From positions 13,933 to 77,932 of the forward strand of contig JANXAU010000044.1 of assembly GCA_025061735.1 (NCBI GenBank): DNA of 64,000 nucleotides, read 5' to 3'. Positions 9,217 through 18,566 of this stretch are shown piece after piece. Every line of letters starts with the position of its first letter. The first letter of the stretch is position 1. The position numbers and the translations under genes are program-made. The notes below the pieces were generated by a model. The model was not told the DNA's origin and searched no databases. It worked only from the letters and a program-made list of their open reading frames with translations. The DNA comes from Candidatus Bipolaricaulota bacterium. Its GTDB lineage: Bacteria > Bipolaricaulota > Bipolaricaulia > RBG-16-55-9 > DRXL01.

Positions 9217-10461
9217 ATGCTCTCTCTCGATGTCCGGCGGCTCTTCTTCGGAGAACTCAAAGTAATGGGCGAGCGCGCCCGCCGCGGCCCCGATCACCGC
9301 GAACTCGCCCGCAAACTCTTTGAGAATCTCCATCTCGATGGGGCGATCAAAACGCTGACCCCCCTCGCGCGACGTTCTGAACCCATCTTGACGCTCGCCG
9401 AGTTCACGCGCGACCCCTTCGGCGTCGCCTACGGCCTAGATGGCGGCAGCACCCGCCCCATGCAGTTCACCAACGGGACTACCCTCTGCGCCAATCAAGC
9501 CGTGCTCGTCCCCGATCCCCACAGCAAATACCAAAATCTCACTCTGGAAACCTGGCGCACGGTCGCCGTCGTCTCGCACTCGTTTCAGAACCTCGGCGAG
9601 GCCCGCGTTCACTACCTAGAGCAAGAGCACACGCACGCTTGGAGAATTCACTTGACGCAAGACTTCGTGCGCCGCGAAGTCGAGCAGATCGTCAAAGGGC
9701 TGGCCGATATCGCCAGCGAGCCCCACCATGCCCTGAAGATGATCGAGAAGCTCGATCTCCAAGAGGGGCTTCTCGTCGTAGATGGTGCGCTCTACCCCAT
9801 TCGCCTCTTTCGCTATCTGTTGGAGGAATCTCAAGGGAGCTGGGGCTATCGCTGGGACATCAATCTCACGTCGCTCCCGGGATTGCTCGATCTCATGGCC
9901 GGTCCGGTCCGCCTCGTCGAACTCTGTGCCCACCGGCGCTTGCCCCTCATAGCTATTAATAAAACCCCAGAGACCGAATGGTTCTTGAAATTCTGCTTAG
10001 AGCGGGATCAGCAGCACTGGGCCAACGATAGACAGTTCTTCAGCGCCGTCCTCAGCGATACTCCCAAAGATTCTCTCGGCTACACGAATTGGTTCGTCCA
10101 GGAGGCCTATCCGTCGTGGGACGAGCCGAACCGCGAGATCGAGCTGCCGCACTCCATCCCTGATTTCAGCTTCTCTCTAGAAGCGTCGGCCTATCACGTC
10201 GCGTTCTTCTATCTCTACGATCCCAGAGTGCGCAGCGCGCTCAAGGTCGAAGCTCCCCGAGTCATCTTAGAGCAACACGACCCAGAGCTGTTGCAACGTC
10301 GCATCCTCGCGGAGATCGCGCGTGGCAAGGGCGTCCCCCACGCGATCCGCAAGGCCGACAGCCGCGCGCGCGTCACCCAGACCGAGCGCGAAGCCCTCAT
10401 GCGCACCTGCGGGCTAGAACCCGATTATTATTATAACCTCAGCCGGGGCGAGAGCTTATGA
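9217..10461 (+). CDS. nurA: NurA-type 5'-3' nuclease
   Basis: GLDGGS and VVDGALYP acidic motifs, C-terminal GVPHAIRKADSRAR, directly after rad50. Confidence 0.75.
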   Translation: MLSLDVRRLFFGELKVMGERARRGPDHRELARKLFENLHLDGAIKTLTPLARRSEPILTLAEFTRDPFGVAYGLDGGSTRPMQFTNGTTLCANQAVLVPDPHSKYQNLTLETWRTVAVVSHSFQNLGEARVHYLEQEHTHAWRIHLTQDFVRREVEQIVKGLADIASEPHHALKMIEKLDLQEGLLVVDGALYPIRLFRYLLEESQGSWGYRWDINLTSLPGLLDLMAGPVRLVELCAHRRLPLIAINKTPETEWFLKFCLERDQQHWANDRQFFSAVLSDTPKDSLGYTNWFVQEAYPSWDEPNREIELPHSIPDFSFSLEASAYHVAFFYLYDPRVRSALKVEAPRVILEQHDPELLQRRILAEIARGKGVPHAIRKADSRARVTQTEREALMRTCGLEPDYYYNLSRGESL

Positions 10462-10961
10462 ACTCCCATATCGCTTGCGCCTCTAAAGGGGCTAACGTCG
10501 TCTGCTGGGTCGTCACCGTGAGCGACACCCGCACTGAACAGACCGATATCACGGGAAAATTCACCCAAGAGCAGTTGCGCGCTCACGGCCATCACGTCGC
10601 CCTCTATCAGATCATCAAAAACGATACCAATCAGATTATCTCGATAGCAGAGAGATTTCGGGATGACCCTCACGCCCATGTCGCGATCTTTCTGGGAGGC
10701 ACGGGGCTGTCGTCTAAAGATCGGACGGCCCGCACGTTGAGAAAGCTTTACGACGAAGAGATCATGGGGTTTGGCGAACTCTTCCGGATGTTGAGCTATC
10801 ACGAGGTCGGCCCCTACGCGCTGCTGAGCCGCGCCAGCGCGGGGGTTATCAACCAAAAGTTGGTCTTCTCGCTGCCGGGGTCGGAGAACGCCGTGCGGTT
10901 GGCGATAGAGAAACTGATAGTGCCTATCCTTGGCCATGCCGTCGAGCAACTGCGCAAGTAG
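10458..10961 (+). CDS. moaB: molybdopterin adenylyltransferase MoaB/MogA
   Basis: TVSDTR, GGTGLS.KDRT, GFGELFR, LSRA.AG, SLPGS. Confidence 0.9.
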   Translation: MNSHIACASKGANVVCWVVTVSDTRTEQTDITGKFTQEQLRAHGHHVALYQIIKNDTNQIISIAERFRDDPHAHVAIFLGGTGLSSKDRTARTLRKLYDEEIMGFGELFRMLSYHEVGPYALLSRASAGVINQKLVFSLPGSENAVRLAIEKLIVPILGHAVEQLRK

Positions 10962-11556
10962 CGACTTTTCGGTGATCGTGCTGGCGGGGGGACGCTCGCT
11001 CCGGTTGGGGCGCGATAAAGCGCTCTTGCCCTGGGGAGAGAGCACGGTCATCGAGCACGTCGTCGCTCGATGTCAGAGTCTGAGCGACGATCTTCTGGTC
11101 ATCACGGGAGAAAAGATTCGCTATAGCGATCTGTTGCGCGTGCCCATCGTTGCAGACGAGATCGTAGATTGCGGGCCAATGGGCGGGCTGTACACGGGCT
11201 TGAAGCGAGCGCGGTATGAATATAGCTTAGCCGTCGCGTGTGACATGCCGTTGGTGCGTCCAGAGCTGGTGCAGTTACTGGCTCAAGAGCGCGTGCATCG
11301 TTCTTGGGCTATTGTTCCTGAAGTCAACGGCCATCGCGTGCCGACGCTGGCGCTCTATCACAAGAGCTGTCTTTCGATCATCGAGCAGCTTCTCTCAAGA
11401 GAGCGCACGTCGCTCCAAGCGCTGCTCGACGCTGTCTCTGTGAGGGTCATCCCTGAAGAGCGCGTACGCGAGAGCGATCCCGACTTGAGATCGTTTGTCA
11501 ATCTCAATCGTCTAGAAGACTGGGAGCGCTGGCGTGTCGGTTCCACGCGTGCGTAG
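10936..11556 (+). CDS. mobA: molybdenum cofactor guanylyltransferase
   Basis: LAGGRS.RLGRDKA, GPMGGL, VACDMP, FVNLN. Confidence 0.9.
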   Translation: MPSSNCASSDFSVIVLAGGRSLRLGRDKALLPWGESTVIEHVVARCQSLSDDLLVITGEKIRYSDLLRVPIVADEIVDCGPMGGLYTGLKRARYEYSLAVACDMPLVRPELVQLLAQERVHRSWAIVPEVNGHRVPTLALYHKSCLSIIEQLLSRERTSLQALLDAVSVRVIPEERVRESDPDLRSFVNLNRLEDWERWRVGSTRA

Positions 11557-12307
11557 CGTATTTGCGGCGCAGAAGCTCTCTGGCGTGCGCTTCTTCCTCT
11601 GCGGTAAGCGTTCCGACGGTAAACTTCTGGCGAAAGTGCTCTTCAAACCCCGACCGTATAGCAGCGCGCAACGCTTCGCGCGAGATTGCGCGAAACTCTC
11701 TCAATCCTGCGGCGCGCTGACGTAACAGACTCCGGGCGCGAGGGTCTGAAATCTTGAGTACAGCCGCTAGGGCTTCAAAATCTATCGAGAGGGGGATCGA
11801 GCCGTGCTGTAAGAGCGATCTTTGGGTGCGTACTTGCGCGCTGCCGATCACTTTTTTGTTTTGAATACTCAGTTCGACTGGCGCGGGCGTCGCAAAGCAG
11901 ACGGCGCTCAGATCGGGCGAGCGCTCGCGATGGTGAGCAAACTCCGCGCGCAGCCCTAAGCGCTCCAACCCCAACGCCAGCGCTCGGCTGATCTGCTCGT
12001 GCGAGCGCGCGACGCTCTCGCCCAACAGCGCAATCGGCGCGACAAAGCTATACGTCAGTTCGTCGTGATGCAAGACCGCGCGCCCGCCGGTGGGCCGGCG
12101 AACCCAGTCGAATCCCCGTCGGGCGCACTCTTCTAAGTCTATCTCTGAAAGATCTTGAAAATATCCCAGCGAGAGCGTCGGGCGCTCCCATTGATAGAGC
12201 CGCAGGGTTACGTGGGGCTGCGCGTCGCACGACCGTAAGAGCGCTTCGTCAACGGCCATGTTCCACGGGGCGCTGCCGACGCCGGTGTCCAGAACGCGCC
12301 AGAGCAT
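11504..12307 (-). CDS. lipoate-protein ligase / octanoyltransferase LipM-like
   Basis: NMAVDEALL, TLSLGYFQ, VRRPTGGRAVLH, KKVIGSAQ, LQHGS. Confidence 0.88.
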   Translation of the reverse strand: MLWRVLDTGVGSAPWNMAVDEALLRSCDAQPHVTLRLYQWERPTLSLGYFQDLSEIDLEECARRGFDWVRRPTGGRAVLHHDELTYSFVAPIALLGESVARSHEQISRALALGLERLGLRAEFAHHRERSPDLSAVCFATPAPVELSIQNKKVIGSAQVRTQRSLLQHGSIPLSIDFEALAAVLKISDPRARSLLRQRAAGLREFRAISREALRAAIRSGFEEHFRQKFTVGTLTAEEEAHARELLRRKYATHAWNRHASAPSLLDD

Positions 12308-12449
12308 ACTCAGACTATAGCAAAAACTGACGGACGATGCAGATGATCAAAACTCTCAAGGGAATTACAGTAACATCGCGTTAGAACTCGCTAGACAAAC
12401 TGCGGTATTGCCTTTCTGGTTTATCACACACTATATAATACTACTGACC

Positions 12450-12798
12450 ATGAAGACCAAAGAGCTGTCTCTGGACGAAGAGATCGAGATACTGGTCAAA
12501 GTTGGTATGCATAAGAACAAAGCCGACTTACTCCGAGAGGCCTTGCGCCTTTATCGAGAAGCTCACCCTGATAAGAAAATTGGAGATAGCGATTCAGCTG
12601 TGCTTCGGCTACGATTTCCCAAAAAGGATCTTCGCCCGTGTAAGAGTGCTTGATCTGTCGCCCCAAGAGCAGCAGGATTACCGCGTCTTATTAGGACAAT
12701 TCCCCACGATTGGTCGAGGAGAGCTGGAGGCGATTGTTGTTTGCAAGCACCGCTCCGGGGTTTTCAGCTCGTTGGATCGTCAAGCCTTCTCTTACTAG
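12450..12798 (+). pseudogene. degenerate TA module: frameshifted UPF0175-like antitoxin joined to a fragment of a DUF3368-like PIN toxin
   Basis: Frame 1 reads ...KADLLREALRLYREAHPDKK; removing one A in AAGAAAATTGGAG gives KKLEIAIQL, which runs into ...IGRGELEAIVVCK..LD. Confidence 0.6.
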
Positions 12799-13565
12799 CG
12801 GCGCGGTTTTGCTATCCACGCGAGGGCCGCTCCGGCGATGAACCCCCCGGCGTGCGCCCAGTACGCCACGCCCCCGCCCTCAATAGGGCTAGAAATGCCC
12901 CCCACAAACTGCATCAAAAACCAAAAGCCCAAGAACAACAGAGCGGGCAACTCCAGCAGACGCACAAAGAACGGAAACAACGGCACCAACGTCAAGATCC
13001 GTCCATAGGGGAATAAGACCAAATACGCCCCCAACACCCCAGAGATCGCCCCGCTGGCCCCCACCATCGGGATAGTAGAACTTGGGCTGGTGAGAATCTG
13101 CGCGAACGCCGCGGCTACCCCGCACACCAGATAAAAGCCCAAATACCCCAAACGCCCAAAGACGCTTTCTATATTATCCCCAAAGATCCACAAGTACCAC
13201 ATGTTGCCCAAGATGTGCAACAGACCCGCATGGAGAAACATCGAGGTGATCAGCGTCAACCAGGCGGCCATCGGTATGAAGGGGGGCAGATCTATCCCGC
13301 GCGTGATCTCGCAGGGGACGACCCCAAACCGAAACGTGAAGAGATCCTCTTCGGAGAGCCGCGCGAAGCGCAGCATCTGTCTCAGCTCTCTGGGGGTATC
13401 GCATCCCGCCGCATCCCAAGCCGCAAGCCAACGACTCGGCAGCTCCCGCGCCGGCACGTCGCTCAACGAGAGTTGATACAAAAAAACGATCACATTGACA
13501 ACGATTAGAATCACATTGACCAGCGGAAATCGCCCGCTGGGATGGTAGTCCCTCAGGGGTATCAT
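12795..13565 (-). CDS. rhomboid intramembrane serine protease
   Basis: MFLHAGLLHILGNM, GDNIE, GASGA, AYWAHAGGF. Confidence 0.93.
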   Translation of the reverse strand: MIPLRDYHPSGRFPLVNVILIVVNVIVFLYQLSLSDVPARELPSRWLAAWDAAGCDTPRELRQMLRFARLSEEDLFTFRFGVVPCEITRGIDLPPFIPMAAWLTLITSMFLHAGLLHILGNMWYLWIFGDNIESVFGRLGYLGFYLVCGVAAAFAQILTSPSSTIPMVGASGAISGVLGAYLVLFPYGRILTLVPLFPFFVRLLELPALLFLGFWFLMQFVGGISSPIEGGGVAYWAHAGGFIAGAALAWIAKPRR

Positions 13566-13571
13566 AAAACA

Positions 13572-13600
13572 AGTCTAGCAAAACCCTCTTGCAGTGACAA
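13572..13600 (-). promoter_or_regulatory. leaderless promoter of the rhomboid gene
   Basis: TTGTCA-17bp-TAGACT (TG-extended), 6 nt before ATG. Confidence 0.7.
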
Positions 13601-13644
13601 GCGTCCTTGAAGTGGCCCCAGAGAGCCTCTATAAATGATCGGCC

Positions 13645-14670
13645 ATGACGGAACTCTCTGTCTTTGATTTCTTGATCCCATTAGGCGTAACGGTCGGCGT
13701 CTGGATCACCGGGCTGATCGTGCGGCACTATCTCTTTCGGTATCTCCATCGCATCGCTGCCCAGACCGAATGGGCCTTCGACGATATTGTCATCAAGATC
13801 ACGCGTGGGCCGTTTGTCATCTGGGCGCTGATGCTTGGCATCTATATCGCCTTGCAGATCTCGCGCCTGCCCGACCCCGTTGTGAACGAATTGGGTAAGT
13901 TACTCCTGGGCTTGGCGATTCTCTCCGTCACGTTGGTCATTGCTAATATCTTGGCGGAGTTGATCCTCCGATCTGCGACCAAGGCGCAAGTCCCCACTCC
14001 CCAACTGATCCCCAACATCACCAAGGCCGTCGTGATCGGCTTAGGGGTCTTGGTCTTGTTGGGCACGTTGGGGATTCAAATTACTCCCATTCTCACGGCT
14101 TTTGGGATTGGCGGTCTGGCCGTAGCGCTGGCGTTGCAAGACACGCTCAGCAATCTCTTCGCAGGGTTCTACACGACGCTCGCCAAGCAAGTTCGGGTGG
14201 GGGATTTTATCAGACTAGATTCTGGTATCGAGGGCCAAGTCGTAGATATCAGCTGGCGCACGACGACCGTGCGCGACCCGTTTAATAATTTGATCGTCAT
14301 TCCCAACACCAAGCTCTCGCAGAGCATCATTACGAATTACGCGCTGCCGGAGCCAGCGCTGACGCTGCGCTTGCCCGTTGGAGTCAGCTACGACTCCGAT
14401 CCGGAGCACGTCGAGCGGGTCTTGTTAGAGATCGCCAAGGGGGCGCAGGGCCAAGTTTCGGGGATGGAGGAGAGCGTAGAGCCGGTGGTGCGTTTCACGG
14501 GGTTTGGCGAATCGGCTCTAGAATTTGTGTTGATAGTGCGCGTGAAGGCCTTTCAAGATCAGTTTACCGTCGCGCACGAGCTGCGCAAGAGAATCTTCAA
14601 GAGATTTCGCGAAGAGGGGATCGAGATTCCCTTCCCCGTGCGCACGGTCTATCTGCATCACGGGCGCTGA
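13645..14670 (+). CDS. mscS: small-conductance mechanosensitive channel
   Basis: GLAVALALQDTLSNLFAG, IPN, GVSYDSD, EGIEIPFP. Confidence 0.9.
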   Translation: MTELSVFDFLIPLGVTVGVWITGLIVRHYLFRYLHRIAAQTEWAFDDIVIKITRGPFVIWALMLGIYIALQISRLPDPVVNELGKLLLGLAILSVTLVIANILAELILRSATKAQVPTPQLIPNITKAVVIGLGVLVLLGTLGIQITPILTAFGIGGLAVALALQDTLSNLFAGFYTTLAKQVRVGDFIRLDSGIEGQVVDISWRTTTVRDPFNNLIVIPNTKLSQSIITNYALPEPALTLRLPVGVSYDSDPEHVERVLLEIAKGAQGQVSGMEESVEPVVRFTGFGESALEFVLIVRVKAFQDQFTVAHELRKRIFKRFREEGIEIPFPVRTVYLHHGR

Positions 14671-14671
14671 G

Positions 14672-14729
14672 GGCAGGCAGGGCAGGTGCAGGGGGGAGGG
14701 GCTGCCCCGGCGGGGCTGCCCTGCCTGCC
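14672..14729. terminator. GC-rich inverted repeat between convergent mscS and porB (bidirectional terminator or small repeat)
   Basis: 14-bp IR GGCAGGCAGGGCAG/CTGCCCTGCCTGCC; no U-tract. Confidence 0.5.
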
Positions 14730-14733
14730 GCTC

Positions 14734-15648
14734 CTAGGCCCCATCATCAGAAGGGGCCTTCATCTGAACCAGGCGCTGGAGGCGCGCCCAGTTTCTCTCG
14801 ATCTCTTGCTGCATCTGTTCCCGCTCTTGCGGCCCCAGATGCGCAAAGCGCCCTTGAAGTTTGAAATACTCTTCGGCGGGGATGATCTCTCTCTCGTGGG
14901 GCGCGTTGAGCGTGTAGCGCTCCCCGTCTTCGATCTCATAGAGCGGAAAGACGCGCGCTTGGACGGCAAGACGCGCGATCTTGATCGCGTCTTCGGAGGC
15001 GATCCGCCACCCCGGTGGACACGGCGCTAAGATATGCAGAAACTTCATGCCCTGCAGAGACTTCGCTTTTTGTACTTTTCTGATCAAGTCGTCGGGGTAG
15101 GCAATCGTCGCCGTTGCCGTGTACGGGATGCGATGGGCGGCCATGATCGCCACGATGTCTTTCTTGCGCTCGGCTTTGGGGTTCTTCTCTGGGGTTGTGG
15201 TCGTCCACGCGAAGCGCGGGGTCGCGCCGCTGCGCTGGATCCCCGTGTTCATATAGGCTTCGTTGTCATAGCAGATATAGAGAATATTCTCGTTGCGCTC
15301 GGCGGCGCCGGAGAGCGACTGCAACCCAATATCTACGGTGCCCCCGTCCCCGGCCCACGCCACGACGGTCGTCTCGGTGTCGCCCTGAATATCCAAAGCC
15401 GCGCGCACGCCCGACGCAGCTACGGCTGCTGTCTCAAACGCCGTGTGCAAGACGGGGACTTTGAGAGTCGAGTACGGGAACGGCCCAGCGATGATCGTCC
15501 AGCAGCACGCCGGGAGCACGATGACCGTTTTCTCGCCCAGGGCTTTCAAGACATAGCGCATCGCCAAGGCGCCGCCACACCCTTGACACCCCAAGTGCCC
15601 CGAACTCATCAGTTCGATCTCTGGCAAGACGAAGTTCGCGCGGTTCAC
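14734..15648 (-). CDS. porB: 2-oxoacid:acceptor oxidoreductase beta subunit (TPP-binding)
   Basis: GHLGCQGCG, GDGGT.DIG...DNEAYMNTG, APCPPGW. Confidence 0.88.
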   Translation of the reverse strand: MNRANFVLPEIELMSSGHLGCQGCGGALAMRYVLKALGEKTVIVLPACCWTIIAGPFPYSTLKVPVLHTAFETAAVAASGVRAALDIQGDTETTVVAWAGDGGTVDIGLQSLSGAAERNENILYICYDNEAYMNTGIQRSGATPRFAWTTTTPEKNPKAERKKDIVAIMAAHRIPYTATATIAYPDDLIRKVQKAKSLQGMKFLHILAPCPPGWRIASEDAIKIARLAVQARVFPLYEIEDGERYTLNAPHEREIIPAEEYFKLQGRFAHLGPQEREQMQQEIERNWARLQRLVQMKAPSDDGA

Positions 15649-16865
15649 GTTTTCACCCCCACCCAGATCAAGTCTTCTGGCTCTTGGTGCGTTTCTGCGT
15701 AGTCTACGATCTCGCGCAGCACCTCGGGCGTGATGTCGCGCCCGCCCAAGCCCGCCACAAACCCAAAGAGCGCCGGCCTCACGGGGGCATTGTAGAGCGC
15801 CGACTTGATCTCCTGCGCGAAGATCCCCCCAACACCGAAGCCAATGTTGCGATCAATCACGGCGATCTTCTTCGCCGGCATCAGCGCTTGGCGCACCAAC
15901 TCGATGGGAAAAGGCCGGAAGAGTCGAATCTTCAAAAGCCCTACGCGGTGGCCTTCGGCTCTTAGCTCGTCGATCACGTCGCGGGCCGTGCTCGTCACCG
16001 TCCCGGAAGTGACTACTATAAGCTCGGCGTCGTCGGCGTAATAAGACTCGATCAGCCCGTAGCGCCGCCCGAAGAGTCTTTCAAACTCCTCATCGGCGCG
16101 GGCGAACTCCCCAAGCGCCGCTTCGTGCGCCTTCTGAATCTGATAGCGCAGTTCCATATAGACATCCGGTGGGGCTAGCCCCCCAAACGCATGAGGATCG
16201 CTCACATCGAGCTTATAGCCAGCTCTGTAGGGCGGCAGATACTGATCTACCAAAGATTGACTGGGGATCTCTACGGCTTCGGCCGTGTGCGAGAGCACGA
16301 AGGCATCTAAGACCAACATCGCCGGGAGCGAGACGCGCTCCGCCACTCGGTACGCTTGCAGGACCGTATCGAGCACCTCTTGATTGGACTCGCAATAGAT
16401 CTGCATCCAGCCGGTGTCTCGTTGAGAGAGGCTATCGTTCTGATCGGTCCAGACCGACCAGGGCGGCCCCATCGCTCGGTTGATGTTGGCCATGACGATG
16501 GGCAGGCGAGCACCTGCGGCCCAGTGGAGCATCTCGTGCATGAGCGCCAAGCCGTGCGCCGACGTTGCCGTGAACGCGCGCGCGCCGGCTGAAGCTGCTC
16601 CAATGAGCGCGGCCATTGCCGAATGCTCCGACTCGACTTTGATAAATTTGGCGTGCAGCGTCCCGTTGGCGCAGAACTCGCTCAAGAGTTCGACGACCTG
16701 GGTCTGGGGCGTGATGGGATAGGCCGAGATCACCTGGACGCGGGCCAGCAACGCCCCATACGAGACCGCGTGATTCCCCGTGATCACTTTGCTATAGCTC
16801 TGCTCCCTCTCCCTGGTAGGGAGAGGGCTGGGGTGAGGGTGAAGGCTTTGAGTTCTGATTGCCAT
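15645..16865 (-). CDS. porA: 2-oxoacid:acceptor oxidoreductase alpha subunit
   Basis: AYPITPQT, VESEHSA, TATSAHGL, GLGGRD. Confidence 0.9.
   Translation of the reverse strand: MAIRTQSLHPHPSPLPTREREQSYSKVITGNHAVSYGALLARVQVISAYPITPQTQVVELLSEFCANGTLHAKFIKVESEHSAMAALIGAASAGARAFTATSAHGLALMHEMLHWAAGARLPIVMANINRAMGPPWSVWTDQNDSLSQRDTGWMQIYCESNQEVLDTVLQAYRVAERVSLPAMLVLDAFVLSHTAEAVEIPSQSLVDQYLPPYRAGYKLDVSDPHAFGGLAPPDVYMELRYQIQKAHEAALGEFARADEEFERLFGRRYGLIESYYADDAELIVVTSGTVTSTARDVIDELRAEGHRVGLLKIRLFRPFPIELVRQALMPAKKIAVIDRNIGFGVGGIFAQEIKSALYNAPVRPALFGFVAGLGGRDITPEVLREIVDYAETHQEPEDLIWVGVKT
16805..16839. repeat. BoxC-like repeat inside the porA N-terminus
   Basis: CCCTCTCCCT-GGT-AGGGAGAGGG followed by CTGGGGTGAGGG; encodes the PHPSPLPTRERE stretch. 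Confidence 0.75.
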
Positions 16866-16868
16866 GAG

Positions 16869-18545
16869 TCATCGCCCCTCTTCTATTAAATCAATGCACC
16901 CGCGCGGGCATTCCGCCGCGCAGATCCCGCAGCCCTTGCAGTACTCCAAGTTCACGTGATAGAGACCATTGACGCGCGAGATCGCCACATCGGGGCAGAA
17001 GACCCGACAGTTGTCGCACGCGTTGCAGACCCCGCACGAGAAACACCGTTGCGCTTCGACGATGGCGTCTTCGAGCCACAACGGGGCCTTCACTTCGGCA
17101 AAGCCGTGCTGGCGCTCTTCTGGGGGCAGCTCCAGCACGGGGACGCGGGCCTGATGAGCGAAGTAACTCGTGTTGAGCTTGATCTTCTCAGGGGCGAATC
17201 GTTCAGGGAGAAGAGCAGAAGCCGTGCGCGAGGGTGAGCGCAGATAACGCTGGATCGCTTTGGAGGCGGCTTTCCCGTCGGCGATCGCTTCAACAACGGT
17301 GCTGGGGCCGGTGCGGGCGTCGCCGCCTAAGAAGATCCCCGCGCGGGAGAGCCGCCCGCGCTCGTTGTGAATGACGATCCCCTCGCTGGTCTCCAGCTCT
17401 TCGGCGAGAAAGTCCAGATCGGGGTCTTCGCCGATGGCTTTGAGCAGCGCATCGGCTTCCAAGACGAACTCGGAGTTGGGGAGGGGCACGGGGCGGCGAC
17501 GCCCGCTCTTGTCCGGTTCTCCCAGTTGCATTCTGATCAGGTGCACCCGCAGACGCCCGTGGACGCGCTCGATCTTCTGGGGAGCGGCCAAGAAGAGAAA
17601 CTCGACGCCTTCGGCTTCGGCTTGGGCGATCTCTTCGGGGATCGCGGGCATCTCGGCGCGCGTGCGCCGATAGATCACCGTGACGCGAGCGCCCAGGCGC
17701 AGCGCCGTACGCGCCGCGTCCATGGCCGTGTTGCCCCCGCCGATGACGAGCACCCTCTCTCCTAACGAGATTTTTCGCCCCGTGTTGATCGCTTTGAGAA
17801 CGTCCAAGCCCGCCAGCACCCCCGGCAGCTCTTCGCCGGGGATCCCCAAGGGCCGACTGCGATAGGCCCCCGTCGCGATGAAGAGCGCATCGTAACTCGC
17901 CCAGAGCCTCTCTAGGTCTATATCGCGCCCGACGCGATAGCCGGTCTTGATCTCCACTCCCAGACGCACGATATCGTCTATCTCTTTGTCTATAACGTCG
18001 CGGGGCAGACGATAAGACGGAATCCCCAAGCGCAGCATCCCGCCCGGTTGGGATTCGGCTTCATAGATCGTGACGGGATAGTTCTGCTTGGCTAAGAAAT
18101 ACGCGCAGCTCAGCCCGGCGGGGCCGGAACCAACGATCGCGATCTTCTCGCGGCGGCGCTCCCCCGAGGGTGGCTCGTCGTGGAGCGCGAAGGCCTCATC
18201 GGCGACGTGGCGTTCGAGTGCCGCAATCGCGATGGGTTCGTCGAACTCTTTGCGGTTGCAGTAGGCCTCGCACGGGTGGGCGCAGACCCGCCCGGTGATG
18301 CCGGGGAAGGGATTGTTCTCACGAATAGTCTTCCAAGCTTCGGTCAGTCGTCCTTCGGCGACGAGCGCCAGCCAGCGCGGGATGTCGTTCCCCGCGGGGC
18401 AGCCCGCTCGGCACGGCGGAATCTTGTTCCGATAGACGGGGCGCAGATAGCGCCAGCTCCCTGTCTTGTTATGGCTAATATCGTCGAGCGAGATCGCCAA
18501 CGGCGGCATCTCGGCGACGCTGCGGAAAGTAATGGCTCGGCCCAT
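16869..18545 (-). CDS. PorD-like ferredoxin subunit carrying an internal GltD/SudA-like FAD/NAD(P)-binding oxidoreductase
   Basis: N-terminal KTGSWR..RP; PC..GCP and GRVCAHPCE; GSGPAG and GGGNTA; C-terminal C..C..C...CP and YCKGCGICAAECP. Confidence 0.85.
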   Translation of the reverse strand: MGRAITFRSVAEMPPLAISLDDISHNKTGSWRYLRPVYRNKIPPCRAGCPAGNDIPRWLALVAEGRLTEAWKTIRENNPFPGITGRVCAHPCEAYCNRKEFDEPIAIAALERHVADEAFALHDEPPSGERRREKIAIVGSGPAGLSCAYFLAKQNYPVTIYEAESQPGGMLRLGIPSYRLPRDVIDKEIDDIVRLGVEIKTGYRVGRDIDLERLWASYDALFIATGAYRSRPLGIPGEELPGVLAGLDVLKAINTGRKISLGERVLVIGGGNTAMDAARTALRLGARVTVIYRRTRAEMPAIPEEIAQAEAEGVEFLFLAAPQKIERVHGRLRVHLIRMQLGEPDKSGRRRPVPLPNSEFVLEADALLKAIGEDPDLDFLAEELETSEGIVIHNERGRLSRAGIFLGGDARTGPSTVVEAIADGKAASKAIQRYLRSPSRTASALLPERFAPEKIKLNTSYFAHQARVPVLELPPEERQHGFAEVKAPLWLEDAIVEAQRCFSCGVCNACDNCRVFCPDVAISRVNGLYHVNLEYCKGCGICAAECPRGCIDLIEEGR

Positions 18546-18566
18546 GAGGTGCCCCTCCTTTGCACA

